Shown here in pieces: positions 22,341-32,851 of a stretch of 32,851 nucleotides of DNA. This DNA comes from Folioceros fuciformis (taxonomy: Eukaryota). The stretch covers positions 1-32,851 of the forward strand of contig JBNGIO010006237.1 in the NCBI GenBank assembly GCA_049999805.1. Direction: 5' to 3'. Under the pieces are notes generated by a model. The model did not search any database, was not told where the DNA came from, and saw only the letters and a list, made by a program, of their open reading frames with translations. Each line of letters begins with the position of its first letter. The stretch's first letter is position 1. Position numbers and translations under genes: made by a program.

Positions 22341-25012
22341 ATGGCCCCGGAGTACGTCAGCCGCGTCCACGCTTGGCAGTCCGGCAGCACGGTGAGTGGA
22401 AACGGGGAGGAAGCGCATTCTCGCACGCCGGCGGAAGCCGGAGGTGCTGCGCTCCGGAGGCCTTCTTGCGAGGATGCGGGGGACGGAAGTGGAGCTGGCG
22501 GCGCACACAAAGCTGGCGGCGATGCCAATGCTTGGGAAGACAGTCCCAGGTCTCACCTGGACCCCCGGCGCCGGTCGGGAGAAGACGACCAGGCTGGCAG
22601 TGAAGACTTGAATCCGTCTGAGCTGCAGCCTGCGTTACCTTCACCGGAGTTGGGCTCTTTATGTGTCGATGGAATTGGCGGTCGCGGATCCCTTGGGCCG
22701 CGCCTTCGAATTGAGTGTGCGCTTCCCACGGCGTTCCCGGCGTTACGAACGGCCACCGCGGAAGATCAACAGCCGCTGCAAGCTATTGAGGACCAGGCTC
22801 TCTCTTCTTCGCAGAAAAGCTCCTCTGCGTCGTCCAGTTCCTGCCAGGCGGGGGAAGCAGAGAAGTCCATTACTTCAGCGCACAAGCCGAGCAACAGCCA
22901 CAGCTTCTTTTCCGCCAGGGAGTGGCATCGTTATCTCCACCTGCCCTCGCCGGCTTCCCCGGAAGACATGTCCAGTGTTGGAGCCCCCTGGCATGTGGAC
23001 TTGGACCAGCTCGAGATTGGTGATGTAGTGGCTACCGGATCATTTGGTATGGTGAACATGGCAATCTATAAGGGTCAGCAGGTCGCAGTTAAATCACTCC
23101 TCATACCTGAAGCTTCGTCCGTCAAAGAACTGAACAAGCTCAAGGCCGGATTCAGGCAGGAAATTGGCTTGTGGTACACGCTGCGTCATCCCAACATTGT
23201 GCAGGTACACTCGTTCGTATCCATGCCCTTCATCTGCAGTCTGCACCAGTTGCAGAGTCGCTGACTCGCATCCATGTCTCGTTCATTCGAATGTGAGTAC
23301 TTACGAGGAGCACGCAATCCGTCTAGAGAAACCCTCCTTCCTCGTTGGACCTGCCAGGAGGCAGCTGAGTCAGTAAATGTGTGCTTGGATGTGCTCCTGT
23401 TGGTCTTTGTGCGTCACCTGGATAACAACGTCCGGAACGGAGTGCAGTCGGTGAGTACGAAGTGCTAGCCTTGGTCAGAGATGTTTTTCGGCAGGACGCT
23501 CCCCTGGTTTAGGTACCTAGGCATCTTGTGTGTGTCTATGGACAGGTCAATGTCAAGTGCTTTGGATTGGAGGTCATGTTCGTGATCTTTACTCCAAGGA
23601 GCAATCGGTTATCGAGACCACATGATGGACAATCTTGGACAAGTTACCGTTCCTCTTGATTCAAAGTTGGCTGTCATGTGTCGCAGTTCATCGGGGCATC
23701 CATAAACCCACCAAAGTGGGCCATCGTGACGGAATACCTTGAAGGAGGATCCCTGAAAGCTTTTTTGATGAAACAACAGAAGAAGAAGTTGCCCGTGCCG
23801 AGAATTGTTGAAATGGCTCTGGACATAGCAAGGTAGAGCTTCTGCCATGTAGCCTTCCTCATGTCGGGTCGTTCTTTTTATGAATTCTTTTGAGAGCTCC
23901 TTTTCGCTGTTGCTGATGGTAATTTGGTCAATGCTCGCAGGGGTATGGAGTATCTCCATCAGCACAACATAATGCATCGGGACTTAAAATCTGCGAACCT
24001 GCTTCTGGACAGCCAAGGGGTCGTCAAGGTGGCTGACTTTGGGCTTGCAAGGTTGGAAGCTGAGGATCCTGGCAACATGACTGCAGAGACCGGCACAATC
24101 AGATGGATGGCTCCAGAGGTGGGCTATGAATTCATATGCTGCTCATCTGTGAGGCACGCCATGGAACAATGTTTGTGGTGATTACATGGCTAATGAGCCG
24201 TGATGTTTCTTACCAGGTGATAGGCCATAAGCCTTACACACGCAAAATCGACGTATACAGTTTTGGAATTGTGCTCTGGGAGCTCTGCACTTGTCTTGTT
24301 CCATTCGAAGGGCTGGCCTTCGTCCAGCTGGCACATGCAGTGGCGAATGATGTAAGGATACTCTTAAGGGTCTTGCTATCCCAGCTGCGTGCGTCTGGAG
24401 AAATGGAATGCTTGCTTCCTTGAGCAGTAAGGCAGGAGGCAGGAGGATTCCTATGTATAATCTTTGGGCTTTCTCATTGCATCTTTTAATTCTGTCCATA
24501 TGCCTGTCAGAATCATCGGCCGCCAACATCTGCTTGTGACCCTTCATTGGCGTCCATAATGTCTAAGTGTTGGCACCCAGACCCTTCAAACAGGCCAGAT
24601 TTTGTGGAGGTAGTGCAGATGCTCGAAGCCGTGGAGTTGGCAGGGACACAAAACATCAAGTCGATGCCATCGACTACTAAGGAAACTGTTGGCGTGACCA
24701 GGTCAGTATCATCAGCCATAGAGAGCAGAGTATGATTGATCAACACAATCATGTCGTATGTGCAATGTGTTCCTCGCGTGGGTTAGGTCACTTCCTCATT
24801 CGGCTTTGATAGCAATGTTCATGACCTACATTGGTTGTTTCAGGTCAAGTAGCAAGTCAGCCGTAGACCCTTACAGCAGACAGACTGTCAGCATGAGAGG
24901 TGGTCAAGCCATTACTCGACCACGGGCTGTATATGCATCATCGGTGGTAAACACCGAGGAGGATAACCAGGACAAGATGAATGTGCCAGGCTGTCAGTGT
25001 ATTATTCTCTGA
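22341..25012 (+). CDS. Raf-like (group C, STY/HT1-type) Ser/Thr/Tyr protein kinase, 6 exons, about 560 aa
   Basis: Exons 22341-23204, 23687-23832, 23941-24118, 24217-24351, 24511-24701, 24844-25012. Motifs [62 protein letters not shown]. Start codon and last exon are less certain; without the last splice the CDS ends at 24735. Confidence 0.9.
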
Positions 25013-26398
25013 GAGGTATATGCAGAGCAGGTTGGTTTCAGGGTTGTCCTATGTTTGTACATTCCGTAACTCTCAACAGGTGCATTCAGGGCCATGTGTA
25101 TATACTACGTGTTCCATAGCATTTTTGGACGTGCAAGAAATCAGCGTCCTGTGGAGCTGCTCTTCCTTCCACTCCTCCATATTTTTGGCAGGTGACAGCT
25201 GTAGGGTGGGCTTCTAAGCTTCTTCATGTCAGTGTGACTTTTATCTTCTTAAGTTCACAAAATAGGCACAAAGCAACATCTAGACCGGAATGTAGACTAG
25301 GATTGTGGCACACTTGTCACAAACGTCGGGCAAAGTCCCGGAAAGGCATCTTCTCAGGTAGCGCACTTCATCTCCACGGGAGAGGGCAAGCACAGGTGGG
25401 GAGGAAGGGAAGGTTTGCAAATGGATTGCAGGACCCCGCATGGTGAAGCAGGGAAATACCAGGTTACGAGGATCGGAGGAAATATGGAGAAGTGGCTAGC
25501 GATTCTCGTTTGATCTGATTCGCAGGGAATGTTTTACGCACAAAAGCATCGAATTCACCACACTGAAGTTGGCAGGGTGGGGAAGTGAAGACAGTCTGTC
25601 GTATCTATCAGGAGAGTTCTGTGGTTTGCAAATTCAGGTCAGCTAGGTTGTGGGAGGATGCACAGGAAAGTTGATCGTTAACAAATCTGTTGTATACCTT
25701 CGAAGATGAAGCTTAGCAGGAGGTCGTTTGTGGATGTAGTGTTTGAGCTTTAGCAAGCTGAAAAACGTGGTTACCACAAGTGGCCACGTGTTACATGGGT
25801 AGGGGGAACGAGCTTGAATGTTTAGCGGCACTGTAACGTATCATTTTATGAAAACTCAAGTCTTTAGCTTTAGCTACTGCAGCTCTCGCCATGTACGCAG
25901 TGTGATACTTGTGGCTAGTCGATCAGAATCGTAGGCGAGCCCAAGCAGGGGCGTCCTTCACAGGATGACGACGAATAAATTCCTAACATGTCAGATTCTG
26001 TCCCTAATTCCATATTTCCGCGTTTGTTCGACTCAAAAAATGGAGTGTCGAAATCCTCTGGGTGCTGTCATTTTCCTCGTGAAGCGCACCTAAACGTATC
26101 TGAACGTCCCTGAAAGACGTCAGCCTTGAGGATTATCCGATCATAGCCACAGTAGAACGATTCATCTTCGCAGGGTTCCAGGTTTCTACAACTCTTGTGC
26201 CATGTGACGAACGAAAAGGTTGGAAACGCTGACGCCACGTCCTGACCAGGCTGTGCACGCCTCATTGGCAAAATTGGCGGATCGTCGGTGGACCCTGCCC
26301 GCCCGTCACCTCGTCGCTCTCTTCACACAGAGCGGGCCGCAGAATTCAACAGGTTCCAAGGTTCTGTGGCTGTGAGAAAGCAATGAGCCCATAATGTT

Positions 26399-27290
26399 TC
26401 TATCACAGATTTTGCTTCCTCTACCTCCGGTCCTCCATCAATCCATTCCACGCTTGCTTGAGTCCATGCTGCTAGTATGCTTAAGAAGACTATGGGGTTA
26501 TAATATACTGCTTACTGATAGTTATGCTGAGCCAGTAATATATAATTTTTTATAAATTATATAAAAAATAATTATATCTCTACCTCCTGTCCTCCATTAA
26601 TCCATTCGATGCTTGCTTGAGTCCATGCTGATAATAGGCTTAAGGCTATGGGGTTATAATATACTAATATCTAATAATTATGTTGAGCATAATTATTAAA
26701 CCGTAAACCGTGGAAGATAGCTAGATTCCTCATGGCCAATGGAACCACTCCTGCCCATGGGGAAGGTAAGCCACACATTGACAAGGTTTCTCTCACTTGC
26801 ACGATAGATCAGATTTGTTCACTTCTGCAGTCTAGGAATTTGCGGTTCACTTCTGCAGTCTAGGAATTTGCGATTCACTTCTGCAGTCTAGGAATTTGCG
26901 GTTCACTTGTGCAGTCTAGGAATTTGCGGGAAGGCTAACGCCTTACCTTATGCAATAGTGCGTGCAAGTGTTGTATTTTGGATGTAGCTTGAGCTACGGA
27001 TAATCAGATTTTTTTTTTCTTCAGGAAAAAATAATATATGCTGAACATTGTATCAATAATATATAACTTTTATAATTTATTTAAAATTTTCATTATATAC
27101 ATCTATCACAGATTTTGTTTTCCCACTACCTCAGGTCCTCCATCAATCTATTCCATACTTTCTTGAGTCCATGCTAATAGTGCGCTTAAGATTATGGATT
27201 TATAATATACTGCTCACTAATAGTTATGCTGAGCATTATACCAATAATATATAAGTTTTTTATAAATTATATAAAATTTTTAATTATATA
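26399..27290. repeat. Degenerate AT-rich ~160-190 bp repeat array
   Basis: Core ctacctc..gtcctccatcaatccattc..cttgagtccatgct..ttataatatact recurs at about 26421, 26579 and 27126; a partial tail copy lies at about 27040-27100. Confidence 0.85.
26817..26928. repeat. 28-bp tandem repeat, 4 copies (gttcacttctgcagtctaggaatttgcg)
   Basis: Four head-to-tail copies with 2 substitutions in total and no spacers. Confidence 0.97.
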
Positions 27291-27291
27291 C

Positions 27292-27326
<35 letters not shown>

Positions 27327-27331
27327 CATAC

Positions 27332-27362
<31 letters not shown>
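27284..27362. repeat. (TA)n microsatellite with CA interruptions
   Basis: Read directly. Confidence 0.95.
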
Positions 27363-27363
<1 letters not shown>

Positions 27364-27838
27364 GTATAGGAATCTAGTTTGATGGCAAGAATATGAGCTC
27401 ATTCTAGTTTTCTATGGAATGTTGATTGACATAGCACAGAGTTAGGTCTTTTCCCTCAACTATATGTTATCACTACTTCCTCTACCTCGATAGGATTGTC
27501 CTCTACCGGCGTGGTCTCCCTCTGACCGGTAGCAACCTTGGCTACTATAGGGTTATTAAAGCCCAATGTGCTTAGACTAATGTGTTTAGTCTAAGATTAG
27601 TGTCTAGTTAAGTATCATTAGTTTAGTTTAGCTTAAGCTAATTTGTAGGAAGCTTGTTGTGCAGCTTCCTGTGGGCTTCTTGTGAAGCTTCCTAGGGAGC
27701 TCTTCTAGAGGGTATAAATACCCCCTTGAGCTCCCTTGTATTGTGAGACTCAATGTGAGAGTATGATCTCTCTTTCTCCTCTCCTTCTGCCTTCTCCTCT
27801 CCTCTCCTTCACCATGCTCCTTTAGCAATCCTTTCAAG

Positions 27839-27850
27839 TGGTATCAGAGC
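27839..27850 (+). promoter_or_regulatory. Primer binding site (initiator tRNA-Met)
   Basis: TGGTATCAGAGC, 2 nt after the LTR-terminal CA. Confidence 0.93.
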
Positions 27851-28563
27851 TAGGGTGTGGAGCAAGATGGTTGTGTCTATTGTAGGAACAATAAACAGAG
27901 GCACAAGGCAAGAAGATATCTAGGAGGAGCTAGGGCTCCGCCGCCGCAGGTAGCTAGGGCACAGCCATCGGGCTAGGGCGTCAGGGTGTGGCTAGGGCAC
28001 CGTCGCCACCGCCAGGCTAGGACGCAGCCGCAAGCTAGGGCGCTAGCTAGGGTTAGGGCGCCAGCATGGCGCCACCCAGGCGCCAACAAGGCTTTGCGGG
28101 ACACCACCCTGGTGCCACCCGGGCGCAAACGAGGCACCAGTGGGACGCCAACGAGGCACCACCCGGGCGCCATCTGGGCGCCCGTGGGGCGACACCCGGA
28201 CAGCAGTGAGGCACCAATAGGGCGCCTCTTGGGCGGCAGCCAGGCGACACCTGGATGGCAACCATTCGCCAGCGGGGCGCCAGCGAGTGAAGGATCTGGC
28301 CGGGTGCCGAGGGCGCTAGACGAGCGCAAGAAAGCGGACGAATTGCGGTCACCGAGAGCGAGGGTGTGGGCGCCGAACTAACCCCGACCGCGAAAGTCAA
28401 GATCTTGATCGAACGATGGGAGACATTCCAGTTATGAGCGATCGAAGCCTAAGTTGTGGACATCCAATTGGGAACAAGTTGTGAGGGTAACTTTGAGAAT
28501 CTACATTACATTTCGATTGTTTTCTAACTAGCCTTTTAGTTGATTTGCATCGATTTTTGAATC

Positions 28564-30531
28564 ATGACATCCTTAGCAAACGTCATGTTCAATATCAAGA
28601 AGTTAGATGGTACTAACTTCCTGTTCTGGAAAGAACAAGCGAATAATGTTCTAGTGCAGAAGAAGCAAATCAAGCAGATAAAGTTGCTAGGAGTGAAACC
28701 TGTTAGCATGACTCAGGATGAGTGGCAGGATCTAGATGAGCTTGCTAGGTCTACCATCATGCTAACATTGTCGAAGTCGGTCTACTTCAATGTGAAAGAC
28801 AAGACCACAAGTTATGAGCTATGGCAGAAGTTGTGTGACCTGTAAAAGAAGCAAAGTGCAGCTTCTCAGGTGTACAAGTTGGAACAGCTAGTGAACTTGA
28901 AGATGAAGGAAGGGACGAGGATGTCCGATCATCTGAACTAGTTCAATACGATTTTCAGCCATCTCTCATCTCAAGGTATCTCCTTCCCAGATTCCGTGAG
29001 AGCTATGTTTCTGTTGGTCACATTACTAGACAGCTGGGACACCTTTCGTACAGCTCTGAGTAATTCCGCTCCTGCCAGTGGTCTTACCGTTGTAAATGTA
29101 GAAGGTAGCCTGTTAAGAGAGGAGGTGAACAAGAAGCATATGGAACCTTCGAAAGGTTCCAATGCCCTCATGGTGAGAGGAAGGTCCACTTCAAAGGGGA
29201 AGTACAAGGAGCAAAGTCGTTCCCGTAGTAAGTCTCGTAGTCGTAACAATGTTGAGTGTTACCACTGTCACAAGAAGGGTCACATCAAGAAGGACTGCGA
29301 GAAGTTGAAGAAGGACAAAGGAAAGGAGAAGAAGCATATCGACAACAAGGCAAGCTCGACTAGCAAGCCTGACGAGGTGAATTCTGTTGACGATGGAGAT
29401 GTTCTTACCTCTTCTTCCTTCGATTCTGCACAACTGACAGCCGTGGAGAGTCAATTATTCTCTAATTGGATAATTGACTATGGAGCATCTTTCCATGTTA
29501 CTCCGCATAGAGAGTGGTTTAGCACGTATGATGCTACTAGAAAAGGATGTGTTCGGCTTGGAAATAACTACGCATGCGAGATTGCAGGCGTTGGTGATGT
29601 GCAGCTGAAGTTCGACAATGGATCTTCATTCGTACTGAAGGATGTTAGGCATGTTTTGAAGTTGGCCAAAAGCATGATTAGCGCAGGGCAGTTGGATGAT
29701 GCTGGCTACCAGTGTTGGTTTGGAGATCGTTCTTGGAAGATCTCCAAAGGTTCTCTTGTGTTAGCTCGTGGATCGAAGTGTGGCACTTTGTACTCACTTC
29801 AGGTAACGACTATCAAGGATCATGTGATTTGTGTAACGGAACAGCCAAGCGTTTCCTTGTGGCATAGTTAGTTAGGACATATGTCTCAAAAAGGAATGAA
29901 AATCTTATCTTGTTTTGGTTACGTCCCTGTTTATGACTTCTTCGATTTCTCCGTGTTTGAGCACTGTTTGTATGGGAAATAAACGAAGTCACCACATGGA
30001 GCAAGAGGTAAACTCAAAAGTAAACCTCTTGAGTTGGTTCACAGTGATGTTTCTGGACCTATGCCCACTATATCGTTAGGCGGTGCATCTTATTTTGTCA
30101 CTTTCATTGATGACTTCTCACGCAAGGTGTGGGTTTATCCTTTGAGGAAAAAGGATGATATTCTAATAGTGTTTCAGAAATTCGTCACCCTTGTGGAGAA
30201 TCAGTCTGGCCTCCGACTGAAGTGTCTAAGGACACACAATGGGGGAGAGTATGTTTCAAAGGCTTTCCAGTCATTCTGTGATTCCAAGGGAATCAAAAGA
30301 GAATTGACTACACCGTATACTCCTCCTCAGAATGGTGTGGCTGGACGGATGAACAGGACCATCCAGGAGAGGATGCGTAGTTTGTTGTCAAATTCTGCAT
30401 TGCCTAACGGATTTTGGGCAGAAGCAGTAGTTACTGCGGTGCATCTTATTAACAGATCTCCTAATAGGGCTGTGGATGAACAGGTTCCAGAGGAGATGTG
30501 GTCTGGAAAGAAGCCGTCATACAAGCATCTA
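28564..30531 (+). pseudogene. Disrupted Copia gag-PR-IN (Tnt1-like)
   Basis: KLDGTNFLFWK, CYHCHKKGHIKKDC, WIIDYGASFH, LWHS*LGH, VHSDVSGP, TFIDDFSR, PPQNGVAGRMNRT; several in-frame stops. Confidence 0.92.
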
Positions 30532-31135
30532 TGAGAGACAAAGCACACTTACTGTAAAAGCTGACAATATGGCGCTGATACTCACGGTAGTGCTCTATCC
30601 TTACTCGTACCATCTTCAGGTGGGTGTAAGAGCACTTATACCACAAAGGGGTACAAGGAATAGCAAAAGAACCAAGGCTCACAATCTTGGTTTCTTCACC
30701 AGAGTGTGTCGGAACTGGAAATATCATCGGCACAGCAAGCCTATGGTCAGAATCAGCATACGCAAACTCACCAGCTTTGAAGTGAAGCTTGTCACTGTGA
30801 TCGCTCCAAAGAGGCCCCTCTTTAAGGGGAGCTGTCTTACACGCAGCGCCAGCCTTTGTCTTACAGGCTGAAGCATCTGATGATCGCCGCTGATCCAGAA
30901 AAGCCTTGGTGGTGCTGCGTGGTCTTCCTCGCAAATGCCTCCCGCTGAGGTCATCTTGAGGAGCAGGAGGAGGCATCTTTGTTGATCCTTGCTGTTGAGA
31001 GGAGGTGGCTGTTCTGGTCGGCTTGCTCACAAACCGCCCTAGCTTGTTACGATGGCAGACGCGGAGCTTTGCAGGAGGGGAGTCAGTGGCTGAGGACAAC
31101 ATCTTGAGATCAGAGATCCTACGCCCCAAGAGCAT
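30461..31135 (-). CDS. Hypothetical basic protein with an AT-hook-like RGRPR motif, possibly truncated
   Basis: Open frame of 241 codons (ATG at 31135 or 31102). Contains RNKLGRFVSK and HLRGRPRSTTK; the last codons run into the antisense strand of the element 3 integrase. Confidence 0.35.
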   Translation of the reverse strand: MLLGRRISDLKMLSSATDSPPAKLRVCHRNKLGRFVSKPTRTATSSQQQGSTKMPPPAPQDDLSGRHLRGRPRSTTKAFLDQRRSSDASACKTKAGAACKTAPLKEGPLWSDHSDKLHFKAGEFAYADSDHRLAVPMIFPVPTHSGEETKIVSLGSFAIPCTPLWYKCSYTHLKMVRVRIEHYREYQRHIVSFYSKCALSLIDACMTASFQTTSPLEPVHPQPY

Positions 31136-32032
31136 ACAAATAAAGGACTTGAAGCGAGGAGGGATGCTATAAGGGTCGCGACACACCTGTTACCCAAGTT
31201 TGTACAGATACGCTCCATCGCGTTTTTTTAAAGGCAAAGGTGTCGGCGCAACCCTGTACATGCACACTATGAAGCTTTCAGCTCAACTCTCAGTCTCGCA
31301 CTCGAGGAGAACCCTAAAGGAAAATCCAACTTAAGTTTGTAAGTGGTCATAATTGATAAATGGCCATAAACAAAACATAATACAAGGAGAAAATTTGGAT
31401 ATTTAATTTATTCATAATCCTCCAAATATGGGATATTGCAGCAATTGCTTTGTCTTCTCATGCAGCTCCAGGTGAGCACTATGGTAGGAGCATCACACAG
31501 GAAGCCTGTCGGGCTATCTCTACTCAGATTTCCCAACAGTCTGTGGCAGATGTGGATGTCCTCAGTAGCGCGTCTGTGTGTATTTGTTTGCACCCTTGTT
31601 CGCGCAAGCTTCTTTTGCCTCAACCTGCCCTTGAATCGGCCAGCCTCTGCTGCAAAGATCACTTGATGTCGCAGATGGACAGCTTCAATCCCCATAATCT
31701 CGGTAGCCTAGGTGTTGAGGAAGGACAGGCGCCCCCAGATTGCAAGTGTGCATGCTCAAATTGTGAAGGATACCTCCAGATTAGAGAGTCGGAGCCTCCA
31801 TTGAAGATACCTGCAGCCATGAGTGAGGAGGGGATGCGGCTATCTACACGGGGCGTGGCCATACACCTAGTAGCGGCCCCATGTGTGAAGAGTATGTAAA
31901 ACACACTCAAAATATTTGTCATAAGTGCCTGAGATGCTGGAGGATGAGCACTTGACTTTATGAACCAAACCTGGGGCTAGGATAAGAGGTTATCTTGCAT
32001 CTGCCCCTAAATACCTATATTAGGATTTTGTC

Positions 32033-32851
32033 TTAAGGTGATTTGGACTTAATATCTAAATTGCCCAGACTTTTCATATGTTTATTATGTAATTCCCGAC
32101 TGAGGGATTTGGTTAATAAATCGGATGAGTTATCATGAGTTGGGATATAACTGATATCTATTGTTTTATTTTCTAACATTTCTCTTATGTAGTGATACTC
32201 AACAGCTATATGTTTAGTTCTAGAGTGAAAAACAGGATTTCGTGCAAGTGCAATGGCACCCTGGCTATCACTAAACAAAGATGTAGGCTTAAGTTGAGGA
32301 TGATGAAGTTCACTCAAAACCAACCTAGACCACACTATGTCTTTAGAAACTGAGGTTACTACCCTGTACTTAGATTCAGTACTTGACAAAGCTATAGTAG
32401 GTTGTTTCTTACTTGACCAGGATATTGGTGCTCCTCCCAAGAGTAATACATACCCCAATACAGATTTTCGTGTGTCGGGGTCACCAGCATAGTCGGCATC
32501 AGCATATGCCGTTAGAGTTAATGTGTTGATAGATGGTGTATGCTTCAACATCAGTCCTATGTACATAGTGCCTTTAAGGTATCTAAATATACACTTAACA
32601 AACATCCAGTGCTCATGTCCAGGATTCTCCAAGAATTGTGAGCAAACTGACTTCAAAAGATATATCTGGTCTCGTAAAATTACATAAAAATATTAGGGTG
32701 CCAACAGCATGCCGATATGGAACTATTGACATTTCTAGCTTTTCTTCAGCTGTTTTGGGACTCATATCTAAGTTAAGCCTAACACCACTTGCAAAAGGTG
32801 TGGATGCAGGCTTTGCATCCTCAAGTCCAAATTTAGCTAAACTCTCCTTAA
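32033..32851 (-). mobile_element. 3' end of pol (RT C-terminus and RNase H) of a fourth Copia element, running off the window
   Basis: FRYLKGT, YADADYAGD, SWSSKKQ, LFSDSQGAIAL, RTKHIAVEYHYIRE, SDLLTK; candidate PPT AGGGGCAGA at 32008-32000. Confidence 0.92.

Larger units (their letters stand above)
27363..30531 (+). mobile_element. 3'-truncated decayed Ty1/Copia element (element 3)
   Basis: Putative 5' LTR about 27363-27836 (ends CA, TATAAATA at 27713), perfect PBS TGGTATCAGAGC at 27839-27850, then gag, zinc knuckle, protease and integrase ending abruptly at WSGKKPSYKHL. Left boundary inferred. Confidence 0.9.

Noticed and set aside
21936-22756. Minus-strand ORFs such as 21936-22556 (206 aa)
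   Set aside because: Antisense to the GC-rich kinase leader and exon 1; no motif support.
26817-26928. 28-bp repeats as a CRISPR array
   Set aside because: Head-to-tail copies with no spacers, no cas genes, and a eukaryotic context.
27973-28400. ORFs in the leader of Copia element 3
   Set aside because: Open frames on both strands are explained by high GC and motif repetition.

Overview
Eukaryotic, land-plant-like genomic DNA; short (~70-150 nt) GT-AG introns and very tight gene spacing suggest a compact seed-free plant genome such as a hornwort or lycophyte (inference). A gene island (about 14.5-25 kb, + strand) holds an HGSNAT-like membrane acetyltransferase (13 exons), a DUF1365 protein (5 exons), an intact O6-methylguanine-DNA methyltransferase (Ogt/MGMT, 2 exons) and a Raf-like Ser/Thr/Tyr kinase (6 exons, ending in a CaaL motif). 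An intronless germin-like gene sits at the left end. The flanks are filled with decayed Ty1/Copia LTR retrotransposons: one full-length element with both LTRs, PBS, PPT and TSD; one 5'-truncated element carrying a nested solo LTR; one 3'-truncated element; and the 3' end of a fourth. Tandem repeats, palindromes and two N gaps are also present. Most notable: a catalytically complete, intron-containing, bacterial-Ogt-like alkyltransferase, a family usually described as absent from plants, at the end of an operon-like three-gene run with 85-nt and 242-nt spacers. All exon models were derived by eye and not confirmed by searches.
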